Positions 37,638 to 46,197 of a stretch of DNA of 64,000 nucleotides are shown one piece after another. Numbering within the stretch: position 1 is the first letter of the stretch; each line of letters starts with the position of its first letter. This DNA comes from Fimbriimonadaceae bacterium. Lineage in GTDB: Bacteria > Armatimonadota > Fimbriimonadia > Fimbriimonadales > Fimbriimonadaceae. Both the position numbers and the translations under genes were made by a program. Under the pieces are notes generated by a model that saw nothing but the letters and a program-made list of their open reading frames with translations, was not told the origin of the DNA and made no database searches. Location: positions 2,012,734 through 2,076,733 of the forward strand of contig JABAQM010000001.1 in the NCBI GenBank assembly GCA_019187105.1, written 5' to 3'.

Positions 37638-39743
37638 ATGATCGTCGCCCTCGTGGCACTGGCGCTTCTGCCACAGCCCGACATCTTGATCGCCGACTTC
37701 GAGGGTGAAACCTACGGCGATTGGGTGGTGACCGGCGCCGCATTCGGGCACGGCCCCGCCAAAGGAACATTGGCCGGCCAAATGGCGGTCTCCGGCTTCC
37801 TCGGCCGGGGACTGGTCAACACCTATTTCGGCGGCGATACCTCGACGGGAACTCTTACGTCTCCACCTTTCCAGATCAACCGGCGGTACCTGTCGTTCCT
37901 CATCGGTGGCGGCCATGATCGCCAGCGACTCTCACTCGACCTTTTCGTTGGCGACCAAATCGTTAGGAAGGCGACCGGGCCAAACCGCACGCCGGGTGGG
38001 ACCGAAGCGCTCGAGTTGGATGGCTGGGACCTCAAGCCTTACCTCGGCAAAATGGCGACCCTCCGGATCGTCGACGAGGCGACGGGAGGTTGGGGGCATG
38101 TCAACGTGGACCACATCCTCCTCACCGACCAGAAACCCCCAATGTCCATTTCAAACGCTACGAAGAAAGTTCGACTCGACAAACGGTTCCTTCTCCTCCC
38201 GATAAAGAACGGCGCCACCCGTCGACTGGTCACCGTTGCCATCGATGGCATGCCGCCGGTTGTCAACGAGGTCGAACTGGCCGATCAAGAGGCCGACTGG
38301 TTTGCAAGCCTGGACGTGACGGCCTGGAAAGGTAGGGCTGCTACGATCTCGGTCGATCGACTGGCCGCTGAGTCGAAGGCAATGGAGGGCATCAGGGTCG
38401 CCGCAGCCGTTCCCGAGAAGACGCCGGCCTATGAAGAGGCACAGAGGGGCCAGTTCCATTTTTCCCCTCGCCGTGGCTGGAACAACGACCCCAATGGGAT
38501 GGTGTTTTTCAACGGCGAGTACCACCTGTTCTTTCAGCACAACCCCTATGGCTGGGGCTGGGGAAACATGCATTGGGGCCATGCCGTGAGCAAGGACCTT
38601 GTCCATTGGGAAGAGCTCCCGATTGCACTCTTTCCAGACTCGCACGGCACGATGTGGAGCGGAAGTGCGGTTGTCGATTGGCAAAACAGCAGCGGTTTCG
38701 GGACAGCCTCCCGCCCGCCGATGGTTCTGTTTTACACCGCCGCCGGCGATCCATTTGTCCAGGGAGTAGCGTATAGCACCGACGGAAGAACCTTTGTAAA
38801 GTGGAGCGGGAATCCGTCGGTGCCCTTCATCGAAACGGGCAATCGCGATCCGAAGGTCTTCTGGCACGAGCCTTCCCGGCGATGGGTGATGGTCCTCTAT
38901 TTGGAGATCCCGAACAAGCCGACGATGCAGTTCCTCGTTTCCCGGGACCTTAAGCAGTGGGAGCCGACCAGCCGTATCGAGGGATTCCATGAATGTCCGG
39001 ACCTGTTCGAGCTTCCCATCGAAAATCGTCGCGGCCAGAGCCGATGGGTGCTTAGCGCCGCGAACAGCGACTACCAGGTTGGAACCTTCGATGGAAGGAC
39101 CTTCACACCGGAAACGCCGATCCTGAAGGGCCATCAGGGGCGAGGTTTCTACGCGGCCCAAACGTTTAGCGACGTGCCGGGCCGTCGGATTCAGATGGGG
39201 TGGTTTCAAACCGAGACCAAGGGGATGCCGTTCAACCAATCGATGTCGCTGCCTCTGGAACTAGGGCTGATCCAGGACGGGGAGGGTCCTCGCATGACCT
39301 GGACCCCAGTGCCGGAGCTTCATGCGCTCAGGTCGAAGACCACATCGATCCCTGCCCTGGAGCTAACCTTCGAGACGCCGGATCCCTTGCGTCGTTTGAC
39401 TGGCGAGCTTGTGGAGATCGAACTCGAGTTCGAGCCTCTCGCCGGATCGCGGATCGAGCTGACCGTGAGAGGACTGGCGATCAAGTTCGATACCGATTCG
39501 CAAACGCTGGAAGTCGGGAATCAGAAGGCCCGTTGTCCGCTGACCGATGGCAAGCAGAACATTCGCGTCTTTTGCGATCGCACGGGATATGAGATATTCG
39601 CCGCTGGGGGAAGGACCTTTGTGCCGCTGGCGGTGCCTCCAAAAGGAGGCGACCGCACGCTTTCGCTACGTACGGTCGCCGGCACGGCCAAGATCAGCAA
39701 GCTACTCGTTCATCAGCTTCGCTCGGCTTGGCGGAAGCCTTAA
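37638..39743 (+). CDS. Glycoside hydrolase family 32 (beta-fructofuranosidase/levanase-like) with a 250-aa N-terminal extra domain
   Basis: WNNDPNGMVFFNGEYHLFFQHNP (the NDPNG motif), a FRDP-equivalent NRDPKVFW and the EC motif HECPDLF are present, with an N-terminal signal. Confidence 0.85.
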   Translation: MIVALVALALLPQPDILIADFEGETYGDWVVTGAAFGHGPAKGTLAGQMAVSGFLGRGLVNTYFGGDTSTGTLTSPPFQINRRYLSFLIGGGHDRQRLSLDLFVGDQIVRKATGPNRTPGGTEALELDGWDLKPYLGKMATLRIVDEATGGWGHVNVDHILLTDQKPPMSISNATKKVRLDKRFLLLPIKNGATRRLVTVAIDGMPPVVNEVELADQEADWFASLDVTAWKGRAATISVDRLAAESKAMEGIRVAAAVPEKTPAYEEAQRGQFHFSPRRGWNNDPNGMVFFNGEYHLFFQHNPYGWGWGNMHWGHAVSKDLVHWEELPIALFPDSHGTMWSGSAVVDWQNSSGFGTASRPPMVLFYTAAGDPFVQGVAYSTDGRTFVKWSGNPSVPFIETGNRDPKVFWHEPSRRWVMVLYLEIPNKPTMQFLVSRDLKQWEPTSRIEGFHECPDLFELPIENRRGQSRWVLSAANSDYQVGTFDGRTFTPETPILKGHQGRGFYAAQTFSDVPGRRIQMGWFQTETKGMPFNQSMSLPLELGLIQDGEGPRMTWTPVPELHALRSKTTSIPALELTFETPDPLRRLTGELVEIELEFEPLAGSRIELTVRGLAIKFDTDSQTLEVGNQKARCPLTDGKQNIRVFCDRTGYEIFAAGGRTFVPLAVPPKGGDRTLSLRTVAGTAKISKLLVHQLRSAWRKP

Positions 39744-42700
39744 GGCCGGATAATCCGCACTGGCCTCAACACCACCGGCCCAAGCAGCCCCGACGGGAGC
39801 AGCGGGGTGTCCTTGAAGTTGTGCCTCCAGGTGGTGAAGGTCTTGCGACGCGGTTCAGGTCGTGCCGATTTCTCGGAAAACCACTTGGGCCAACCGGCCA
39901 GCATGGCGCCGTTCCAACCCATGTCGTCGGGGAACTGCTCGTCGCCGATCAAACGATTCACCCACAGGTTTGTCACTTCCACCTCCAGGTCGTTTTGACC
40001 CGAGCGGACGGAGTCCGTGATGTCGATGCGAAACGGCGGCTTCCATAGGGTGGCCACAAGCTTGCCATTGAGTCGAACCCGGCACAGCTCCCGGACATCG
40101 CCCAGGTCGAGCACGACCCGCTGTCCGTTGCCGGTAATCGAGTCTGGTACCGCGAGCTTTCGCGTGTAAGTGACGGTGCCGGAGAAGTGCTTAACGCCGA
40201 AGTCGTCATGATCGGTCCAGGACGTCAGCTTATCGAAGGTGACCCGAGGCGGGGCATCCCATCCCGCAGGGAAGGAAGCCTGCCACGGTCCCTCGACCGG
40301 AATCGGGGCTGGCAAGTCCTTAACCACATACTTCTTTCGACTGCCGTTCGACTTGAGTACGGTGAACTCGCCATTTTGCCAGACCTCCAGCGCACCGTGG
40401 TTTGCCAGGTAAGCGGGTGGCGTTCCCGGATCGGGGAGGTCGCCGATCGCCAGGACTTCGTTTTCCCGGAGAGTGACCGTCTTCGTGTCATCTCCCAGCT
40501 TGTAGGTAACGGTCAGCGTCTTGATAACATTGTAGGCGGGATCGCCACCCATCGCGGTGTTGGTTGCGCCGATGCGCACCGTATGGGCATCGGCAGCACC
40601 CGCCACGATCTTGGTGACGTCCGTGACTTTGCCCGAGGCAGCGTCGCCATAGATGGCTTTGAGGATCGTGAGCCTAGGCTTGGGCTTCGCCCTTTCCGCC
40701 GCCAGAACCGCCTGCGTTTCCACTAGGTGATCCGACGGTTTGTCTCCCTTGGCAATCCACACAAACACCGACCCGTCGGCCTCCAGCCGGATCGGCATTT
40801 CGATGCCGCCGGCAACGGCCTTCCACGTCACCCCGTGTTCGATCGCGCCCGTCTCCGGGTGCCAAAGCTGGATCCTGGTCGGCTTGCCATCCACCCTAAA
40901 TCGGCATGTCACGGTACGAGGATAGGGCTGCGAAGAGGCGACGAAGAAGAAGTCATTGGCCCCTGCTCGGCGCTGGATCGCCCGAACGTCCCGCTCCTTC
41001 GTCACAAACGCCGGCGCGACCTTGGCCTCGGTCAAGACCTGCGCAATCGTTCGACCCCAGACCACTCGACCCTTGCCGACCTGCCGGCTCCCCGCACGGC
41101 TGATATCCGAGCCCCACACCGCTTCGCCGATTCGCGCGACCTCGAGCCCGGCTCCGTCACGTGCCTCGCTCAGGCTCGGCGTCCGCACCGGCTTTGGTCC
41201 GATTACGGTTGCGCCCGCCATGACGAGGTCACGAACCTTGCGCGCCATGGGCAGCGTCATCGCGTCCGAATTGGGGAGGGCCAACACGGCGTACGAGGCG
41301 CCGTTCGGCAAGACCAGCCGGCCGGATTTCACCTGCAGCGACATCAGGGGGTCGAGGCCGATGTAGTCGAAGTCATAACCCGATGGAATCGGAGGCAAGA
41401 TTTGTCCCTCGCCGGCATAGCTTTGAGGGGAGTCCTCGCCGGCAAAGAGCAGAATGTCACCCACGAAGTGACCCTGCTGGAGCATGAACTGGCACCTCGC
41501 CAGATACTCGTTCCAAGTCGGCATGTACGACCAGAAGGTGTTTCCTCGATCGACGTGTGAGCCCCAAGGCCCCATCGTCATGCCCGGTAACACGCCATCC
41601 ACCCAAGGCTGATGGGCAAACCGATGGTAAATGATGCGGTTGATGCCAAGCGTCATCGCATGATCCGCGAACGGCTTCCACTGGCGTGGTTGATTGCGCC
41701 ACCCGGCCATCGTCGGCATTGCGGTTAGGGCTTCTGCGCCGACCACACTGTGGCCGTAAACGTGCGCGACCGATGCGGCGTGCTTAACGGCGGGATTGAT
41801 CACGGTGTCGCCGACCCAATACTCGCCCATGATGAGCCCGGCCGGCTTTGCAAACGTGAACGGATCAAAGTTTCCGTTGCCATAGGGCTCAATGGCGAGT
41901 TGTAAGTCTCGCTCCTTAAGCCGTTGGGCGAAGTGAACACTGTAGTTCTCGGCCCAAAGCTCCGCGATCGTGCGGCGGTAATCGAACAGGAAGCCCAGCG
42001 TGGTCGCCTGATCTTTGACGATGTACCCGGCGAGCGCGGGCAGGTACGGCCCGACTTCGTAGCCGCGCCGCTTCGCAAACTCCGCAAAGAGATTGGGGCT
42101 CCAGTTGTTGTAGCCCGTCTCGTAGCTGTCGACAAGCACGGTTGACAGCGAGCTGTCGTCGCCGACTTGATCGAGGAGGGGATCGAGCCCGCCCGCGAGA
42201 AAGTTGTCAAGCGATTCGGCGCTCAGCTTGTCGACCTCCAGGCCCCGACCGCTGTCGCGGCTCGCCACGTTCTGCGAGCCCGTCAGGGTCGCCGCGACGC
42301 GGAGGATGACGTAATCGCCCTGGGGCAGGTCGACGTCGATCCGGTGTTGCGGGCTGAGCTTCTCAAGTGGAATGGGGATGATGTCCTCAGGGGCGATGCG
42401 GGGCCACGAAAGGTTTTTGATCTGGCCCGGATTCGCATCGAGACCGGTCAAACGTCCAAGCAGTTCGGCGCCCGGATTGCTGTCGGTCCTGATCGCGAAT
42501 ATGGCGATGTCCTCAAAGTATTCTCCGACCTTCTGTGGCAGGGTGATGGGTCCGGTCGGCGCGCCGCTGCCGGAGAACTTCGTCGCCGCGAACGCAAGCT
42601 TCTTCATGGCGTCCTTTGGCTGCACCCATGGCCCACCGCTGGACGACCAGCCGGCGCAATTGTGCATCGTCATCTCGAGCCCGAGCCGCTTCGCTTCCCG

Positions 42701-42979
42701 CAACGCATGAACCATCAGGGCCCGCCATTCCGGCGAGTTATAGGCGATCGGTCCGGCTGGAACACCTTGGCCGACGTCGAAAATATGCGCTCCTGCGATG
42801 CCGGCCTGCTTCATCGCTTCGAGGTCGGCCGTGATACCCTCGCGGGTGACGTTGCCGTCCATCCAATGCCACCACGTGTGGGGCTGGGCCGATTGCGGAG
42901 GTTTTTTGAACCCGTCGTAAAGGTCGGCAACGTTCAGCGCCGGGATGCCAATGGCAGCGGCGAGTGCAAGGCTGAGCAT
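39740..42979 (-). CDS. Large secreted glycoside hydrolase (1079 aa), tentatively GH106-like alpha-L-rhamnosidase family
   Basis: A signal peptide is followed by HTWWHWMDGNVTREGITADLEAMKQAGIAG. The family is assigned from memory of this N-terminal signature only. Confidence 0.55.
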   Translation of the reverse strand: MLSLALAAAIGIPALNVADLYDGFKKPPQSAQPHTWWHWMDGNVTREGITADLEAMKQAGIAGAHIFDVGQGVPAGPIAYNSPEWRALMVHALREAKRLGLEMTMHNCAGWSSSGGPWVQPKDAMKKLAFAATKFSGSGAPTGPITLPQKVGEYFEDIAIFAIRTDSNPGAELLGRLTGLDANPGQIKNLSWPRIAPEDIIPIPLEKLSPQHRIDVDLPQGDYVILRVAATLTGSQNVASRDSGRGLEVDKLSAESLDNFLAGGLDPLLDQVGDDSSLSTVLVDSYETGYNNWSPNLFAEFAKRRGYEVGPYLPALAGYIVKDQATTLGFLFDYRRTIAELWAENYSVHFAQRLKERDLQLAIEPYGNGNFDPFTFAKPAGLIMGEYWVGDTVINPAVKHAASVAHVYGHSVVGAEALTAMPTMAGWRNQPRQWKPFADHAMTLGINRIIYHRFAHQPWVDGVLPGMTMGPWGSHVDRGNTFWSYMPTWNEYLARCQFMLQQGHFVGDILLFAGEDSPQSYAGEGQILPPIPSGYDFDYIGLDPLMSLQVKSGRLVLPNGASYAVLALPNSDAMTLPMARKVRDLVMAGATVIGPKPVRTPSLSEARDGAGLEVARIGEAVWGSDISRAGSRQVGKGRVVWGRTIAQVLTEAKVAPAFVTKERDVRAIQRRAGANDFFFVASSQPYPRTVTCRFRVDGKPTRIQLWHPETGAIEHGVTWKAVAGGIEMPIRLEADGSVFVWIAKGDKPSDHLVETQAVLAAERAKPKPRLTILKAIYGDAASGKVTDVTKIVAGAADAHTVRIGATNTAMGGDPAYNVIKTLTVTYKLGDDTKTVTLRENEVLAIGDLPDPGTPPAYLANHGALEVWQNGEFTVLKSNGSRKKYVVKDLPAPIPVEGPWQASFPAGWDAPPRVTFDKLTSWTDHDDFGVKHFSGTVTYTRKLAVPDSITGNGQRVVLDLGDVRELCRVRLNGKLVATLWKPPFRIDITDSVRSGQNDLEVEVTNLWVNRLIGDEQFPDDMGWNGAMLAGWPKWFSEKSARPEPRRKTFTTWRHNFKDTPLLPSGLLGPVVLRPVRIIRP

Positions 42980-43042
42980 CGTGCCACCAATCTTACAGTC
43001 TCGCGGTCGACCAGCGTTGGAGACTAGCCATCTGCAGGCGGC

Positions 43043-43560
43043 CTAACGGCGCCGACGAGCGGTGATGACCTCGGTGTTCATACCCGCCCAGTGGAGCATG
43101 CCCCCATACCGCCCGTGTTCCATCTTGATGCAACGATCGACGACCACCGAAAGTCCGGCTTCGAGAGCCCGATTCGCCGACACGAGATCGATGATGCGAA
43201 GTTGCATCCATACCGCCTTCGCCCCGGCCGCCACCGCTTCCTCGACAATGGCCGGCACCTCGGATGCCGGTCGAAAGACATCGACGATGTCGATGGGCTC
43301 CGGGACGAGTCGAAGGCTGGTGTAGGCCTTCTCGCCGAGGATCTCGTCGGCAGAAGGGTGAATCGGAATGATGCGGTAGCCCTCGTCCTGCAAGTACGAC
43401 GCCACCATGTTGCTGGCCTTTGTCTTTTCCGTCGAGAGCCCAACGACGGCTATGATCTTCGAGTCGCGCAACAGCTTCTGGATGATGCCAGAGTCCTGAA
43501 AGCGCTCGCGTTGCTCGTCGGTGAGCTTGGTGTTGAGTCGAATGTCGCAGGAGATGGCCA
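43043..43560 (-). CDS. CoA-binding domain protein (YccU/YneT-like)
   Basis: A Rossmann-like IAVVGLSTEKTKASNMVASYLQDEGYRIIPIHP is present. The ATG lies immediately after the metY stop. Confidence 0.7.
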
Positions 43561-44853
43561 TTACTTGCTTGTCTCCAGCGCTTGGTCGAGGTCCCACAGA
43601 AGGTCGTCGATGGTTTCCAACCCCACGCTCAGCCGAATCATTCCCGGCGAAATCCGGGCGGCAAGGAGCTCTGCTTCCGACATCTGCTGGTGGGTTGTCG
43701 AAGCCGGGTGGATAACGAGACTTTTGGCATCGCCGACGTTGGCCAAGTGGGAGAAGAGGTTGAGGGCCTCGATGAACTTGCTCCCGCGCACCCGGGCCGC
43801 GTCTCCATCACCCCTGATTTCGAACGACAAGACTGCCCCGGCACCCTTCGGCATGTAGCGCCGGGCGCGCTCGTAATGGGGGTGGCTCGGCAAGCCTGCG
43901 TAGTGGACCTTCGCGACGTCTTTGTGACCTTCGAGAAACCGGGCAACCGCGACCGCATTCTCGACATGCCGTTGCATCCTCAAGCTGAGGGTTTCGATGC
44001 CCTGCAGGATCAAGAAGGAATTGAAGGGCGAGATACTGGCGCCGGTGTCCCTCACCGTCTCGGCTCGGAGCTTCATCAGGAAGCCGTAATGGCCGAATGT
44101 GTCGTAAAACCTCAGGCCGTGATAGGATGCGGACTTTTCGGCGATCGTTGGAAAGCGGCTGAAATCAAAATCGCCGGAATCAACCACGATTCCACCGATG
44201 CTGGTGCCGTGCCCGCCTAAGAATTTGGTCGCCGAATGAATGACGATCGCTGCTCCGTGTTCGATGGGCCGGAAAAGGTAAGGCGTGGTGAAGGTGCTAT
44301 CCACGATGAGGGGGACTCTTTGGTGCGTCGCAATGGCGGCGAGCTTTTCAAAGTCGGGCACGCTGTTGGTCGGGTTGCCGATCGACTCAACGAAGATCGC
44401 GCGCGTCTTGGGCGTCATCGCGGCCTCCCATTCAGCCGCATTATCGGGATCGACGAAGGTGACGTCGAGAGAAAGCTTGCTCACCGTGTGAGCCAGCATC
44501 GTCATGGTGCCACCATAGAGCTGGTTGGAAGCGACAAGGTGATCGCCAGGCTCGCATAAGGTCATGAAGGTCCCGAACTCAGCCGCCATGCCGCTCGCGA
44601 CCGCTACGGCCCCGGTTGCGCCTTCCAGCGATGCGACCCGCTCCTCGAGAACCGCGGTGGTGGGGTTGCTGATCCGCGAGTAGATGTTGCCGTACTGTTT
44701 CAGCTCGAACAAATGGGCGGCTTGGTCGGAATCCTCGAATACGTAGCTCGTCGTTTGATAGATCGGCGTCGCCCGGGCCCCCACATAAGGATCGGGAATC
44801 TGGCCGGCATGCAGCATTCGGGTCTCAAAGCCAAAGTCGCGGGCACCGCTCAT
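43561..44853 (-). CDS. metY: O-acetylhomoserine aminocarboxypropyltransferase (O-acetylhomoserine sulfhydrylase)
   Basis: MSGARDFGFETRMLHAGQ...YSRISNPTT...SATKFLGGHG (the PLP lysine region) fits the Cys/Met PLP family with the MetY-type N-terminus. Confidence 0.85.
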   Translation of the reverse strand: MSGARDFGFETRMLHAGQIPDPYVGARATPIYQTTSYVFEDSDQAAHLFELKQYGNIYSRISNPTTAVLEERVASLEGATGAVAVASGMAAEFGTFMTLCEPGDHLVASNQLYGGTMTMLAHTVSKLSLDVTFVDPDNAAEWEAAMTPKTRAIFVESIGNPTNSVPDFEKLAAIATHQRVPLIVDSTFTTPYLFRPIEHGAAIVIHSATKFLGGHGTSIGGIVVDSGDFDFSRFPTIAEKSASYHGLRFYDTFGHYGFLMKLRAETVRDTGASISPFNSFLILQGIETLSLRMQRHVENAVAVARFLEGHKDVAKVHYAGLPSHPHYERARRYMPKGAGAVLSFEIRGDGDAARVRGSKFIEALNLFSHLANVGDAKSLVIHPASTTHQQMSEAELLAARISPGMIRLSVGLETIDDLLWDLDQALETSK

Positions 44854-44903
44854 AAGCGGAATGAGTGTATCGCGGTAGCCAATTCTATCAATGTAAACCG
44901 AGT

Positions 44904-44920
44904 TTATCCTTCGAGGATAA
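44904..44920. promoter_or_regulatory. Perfect 17-bp palindrome TTATCCTTCGAGGATAA in the metY / ATPase divergent intergenic region
   Basis: A 7-3-7 perfect inverted repeat lies within a 94-nt AT-rich spacer that also contains TATAAT-like hexamers. Confidence 0.3.
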
Positions 44921-44947
44921 TTTGGCTAATTTTGATATAATTGCCCT

Positions 44948-46144
44948 GTGGACCCGGTTAGGAACCCCTTTGCTCCAGGTGCAGGTACGCCGCCTCCGGA
45001 ACTCGCCGGTCGCGATGAACTCCTTGCACGTTCCGAGGTTGCGATCAAGCGCACGGCGCTGCGATTGCCGGCTCGCGGATTCCTGCTGGTCGGATTGCGG
45101 GGTGTCGGCAAGACGGTACTGCTCGATCGGATTCGCGACATCGCCGAAGGTCTGGGCCACGAAACCGTTCGGATCGAGGCGCCGGAAGGTCGTTCGCTAC
45201 CGTCCCTGCTCGCTCCTGAGCTCCGCGTTGCGCTGCTAAGGCTAAGTAGAACCGAGAAGGCCAAGGAGCGATCACAGCGGGCCCTGCAGGCTTTGGCGGG
45301 ATTCGCCAGGGCGCTCAAAATCAAATATGGCGACATCGAGGTAGGAATCGACTTCGAACCCGAGCCTGGCCTGGCCGACAGTGGGGACCTCGATCACGAC
45401 CTTGCCGCGCTGTTGGAATCGGTCGGAAACGCCGCCCAGGCTGCCGAGAAGGCGGTGGTTCTGTTCATAGACGAGTTGCAGTACGTTGCCGAGGACCAGG
45501 TTGCCTCGCTAATCGTAGGGCTCCACCGGGCTGCCCAACGCTCGCTTCCGATCATTCTTGTCGGTGCGGGCCTCCCCCAGCTGCGCGCCCTCATGGGCCG
45601 GGCCAAGTCGTATGCGGAGCGCCTTTTCGAATTCCCTGAGATTGGGGCGCTCCCCCTGGAAGCGGCAAGACAAGCGCTTCAGAAGCCAATTCAGAGCGCC
45701 GGAGCCGAAATCGAGGAGAAAGCGATCCAGGATCTTTACGAACTGACCCAAGGCTACGCCTACTTCTTGCAGGAGTGGGGCAAGCAGTCATGGGACGTCG
45801 CTGAACGGTCGCCGATTACCGTCGCCGATGTGGCAAGCGCATCAAAGATCGCCATTGCAGCCCTCGATCAGAGCTTCTTCCTCGTTCGGTTCGATCGCTG
45901 CACCCCGGCCGAAAAGCGCTATCTGCGCGCGATGGCTCAGCTCGGCCCGGGACCGCACCGCTCCGGAGACATTGCCGAGATCCTTGGTAAACCGGTGAAT
46001 TCGTTCGGACCGATCCGGAACAACTTGGTGAGAAAGGGCATGATCTGGAGCCCGAGTCATGGAGATACGGCGTTTACCGTTCCCCTCTTCGACGAGTTCA
46101 TGCGCCGCATCATGCCGGAAGAAGACTGGTTGGACCTTTGGTAG
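44948..46144 (+). CDS. AAA-type ATP-binding protein of the Arch_ATPase-like family
   Basis: NPFAPGAGTPPPELAGRDELL is followed by Walker A GLRGVGKT and Walker B LFIDELQYV. Confidence 0.6.
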   Translation: MDPVRNPFAPGAGTPPPELAGRDELLARSEVAIKRTALRLPARGFLLVGLRGVGKTVLLDRIRDIAEGLGHETVRIEAPEGRSLPSLLAPELRVALLRLSRTEKAKERSQRALQALAGFARALKIKYGDIEVGIDFEPEPGLADSGDLDHDLAALLESVGNAAQAAEKAVVLFIDELQYVAEDQVASLIVGLHRAAQRSLPIILVGAGLPQLRALMGRAKSYAERLFEFPEIGALPLEAARQALQKPIQSAGAEIEEKAIQDLYELTQGYAYFLQEWGKQSWDVAERSPITVADVASASKIAIAALDQSFFLVRFDRCTPAEKRYLRAMAQLGPGPHRSGDIAEILGKPVNSFGPIRNNLVRKGMIWSPSHGDTAFTVPLFDEFMRRIMPEEDWLDLW

Positions 46145-46197
46145 GGGGAGCTGACCCCTTTCAGCCATGCCCTATAATGGAACCAAGCCCGACACCT

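Noticed and set aside
44854-44948. Possible SAM riboswitch in the metY leader
   Set aside because: The leader is only about 94 nt and lacks recognisable S-box, SAM-II or SAM/SAH conserved elements by eye. It is retained only as a palindromic operator candidate.
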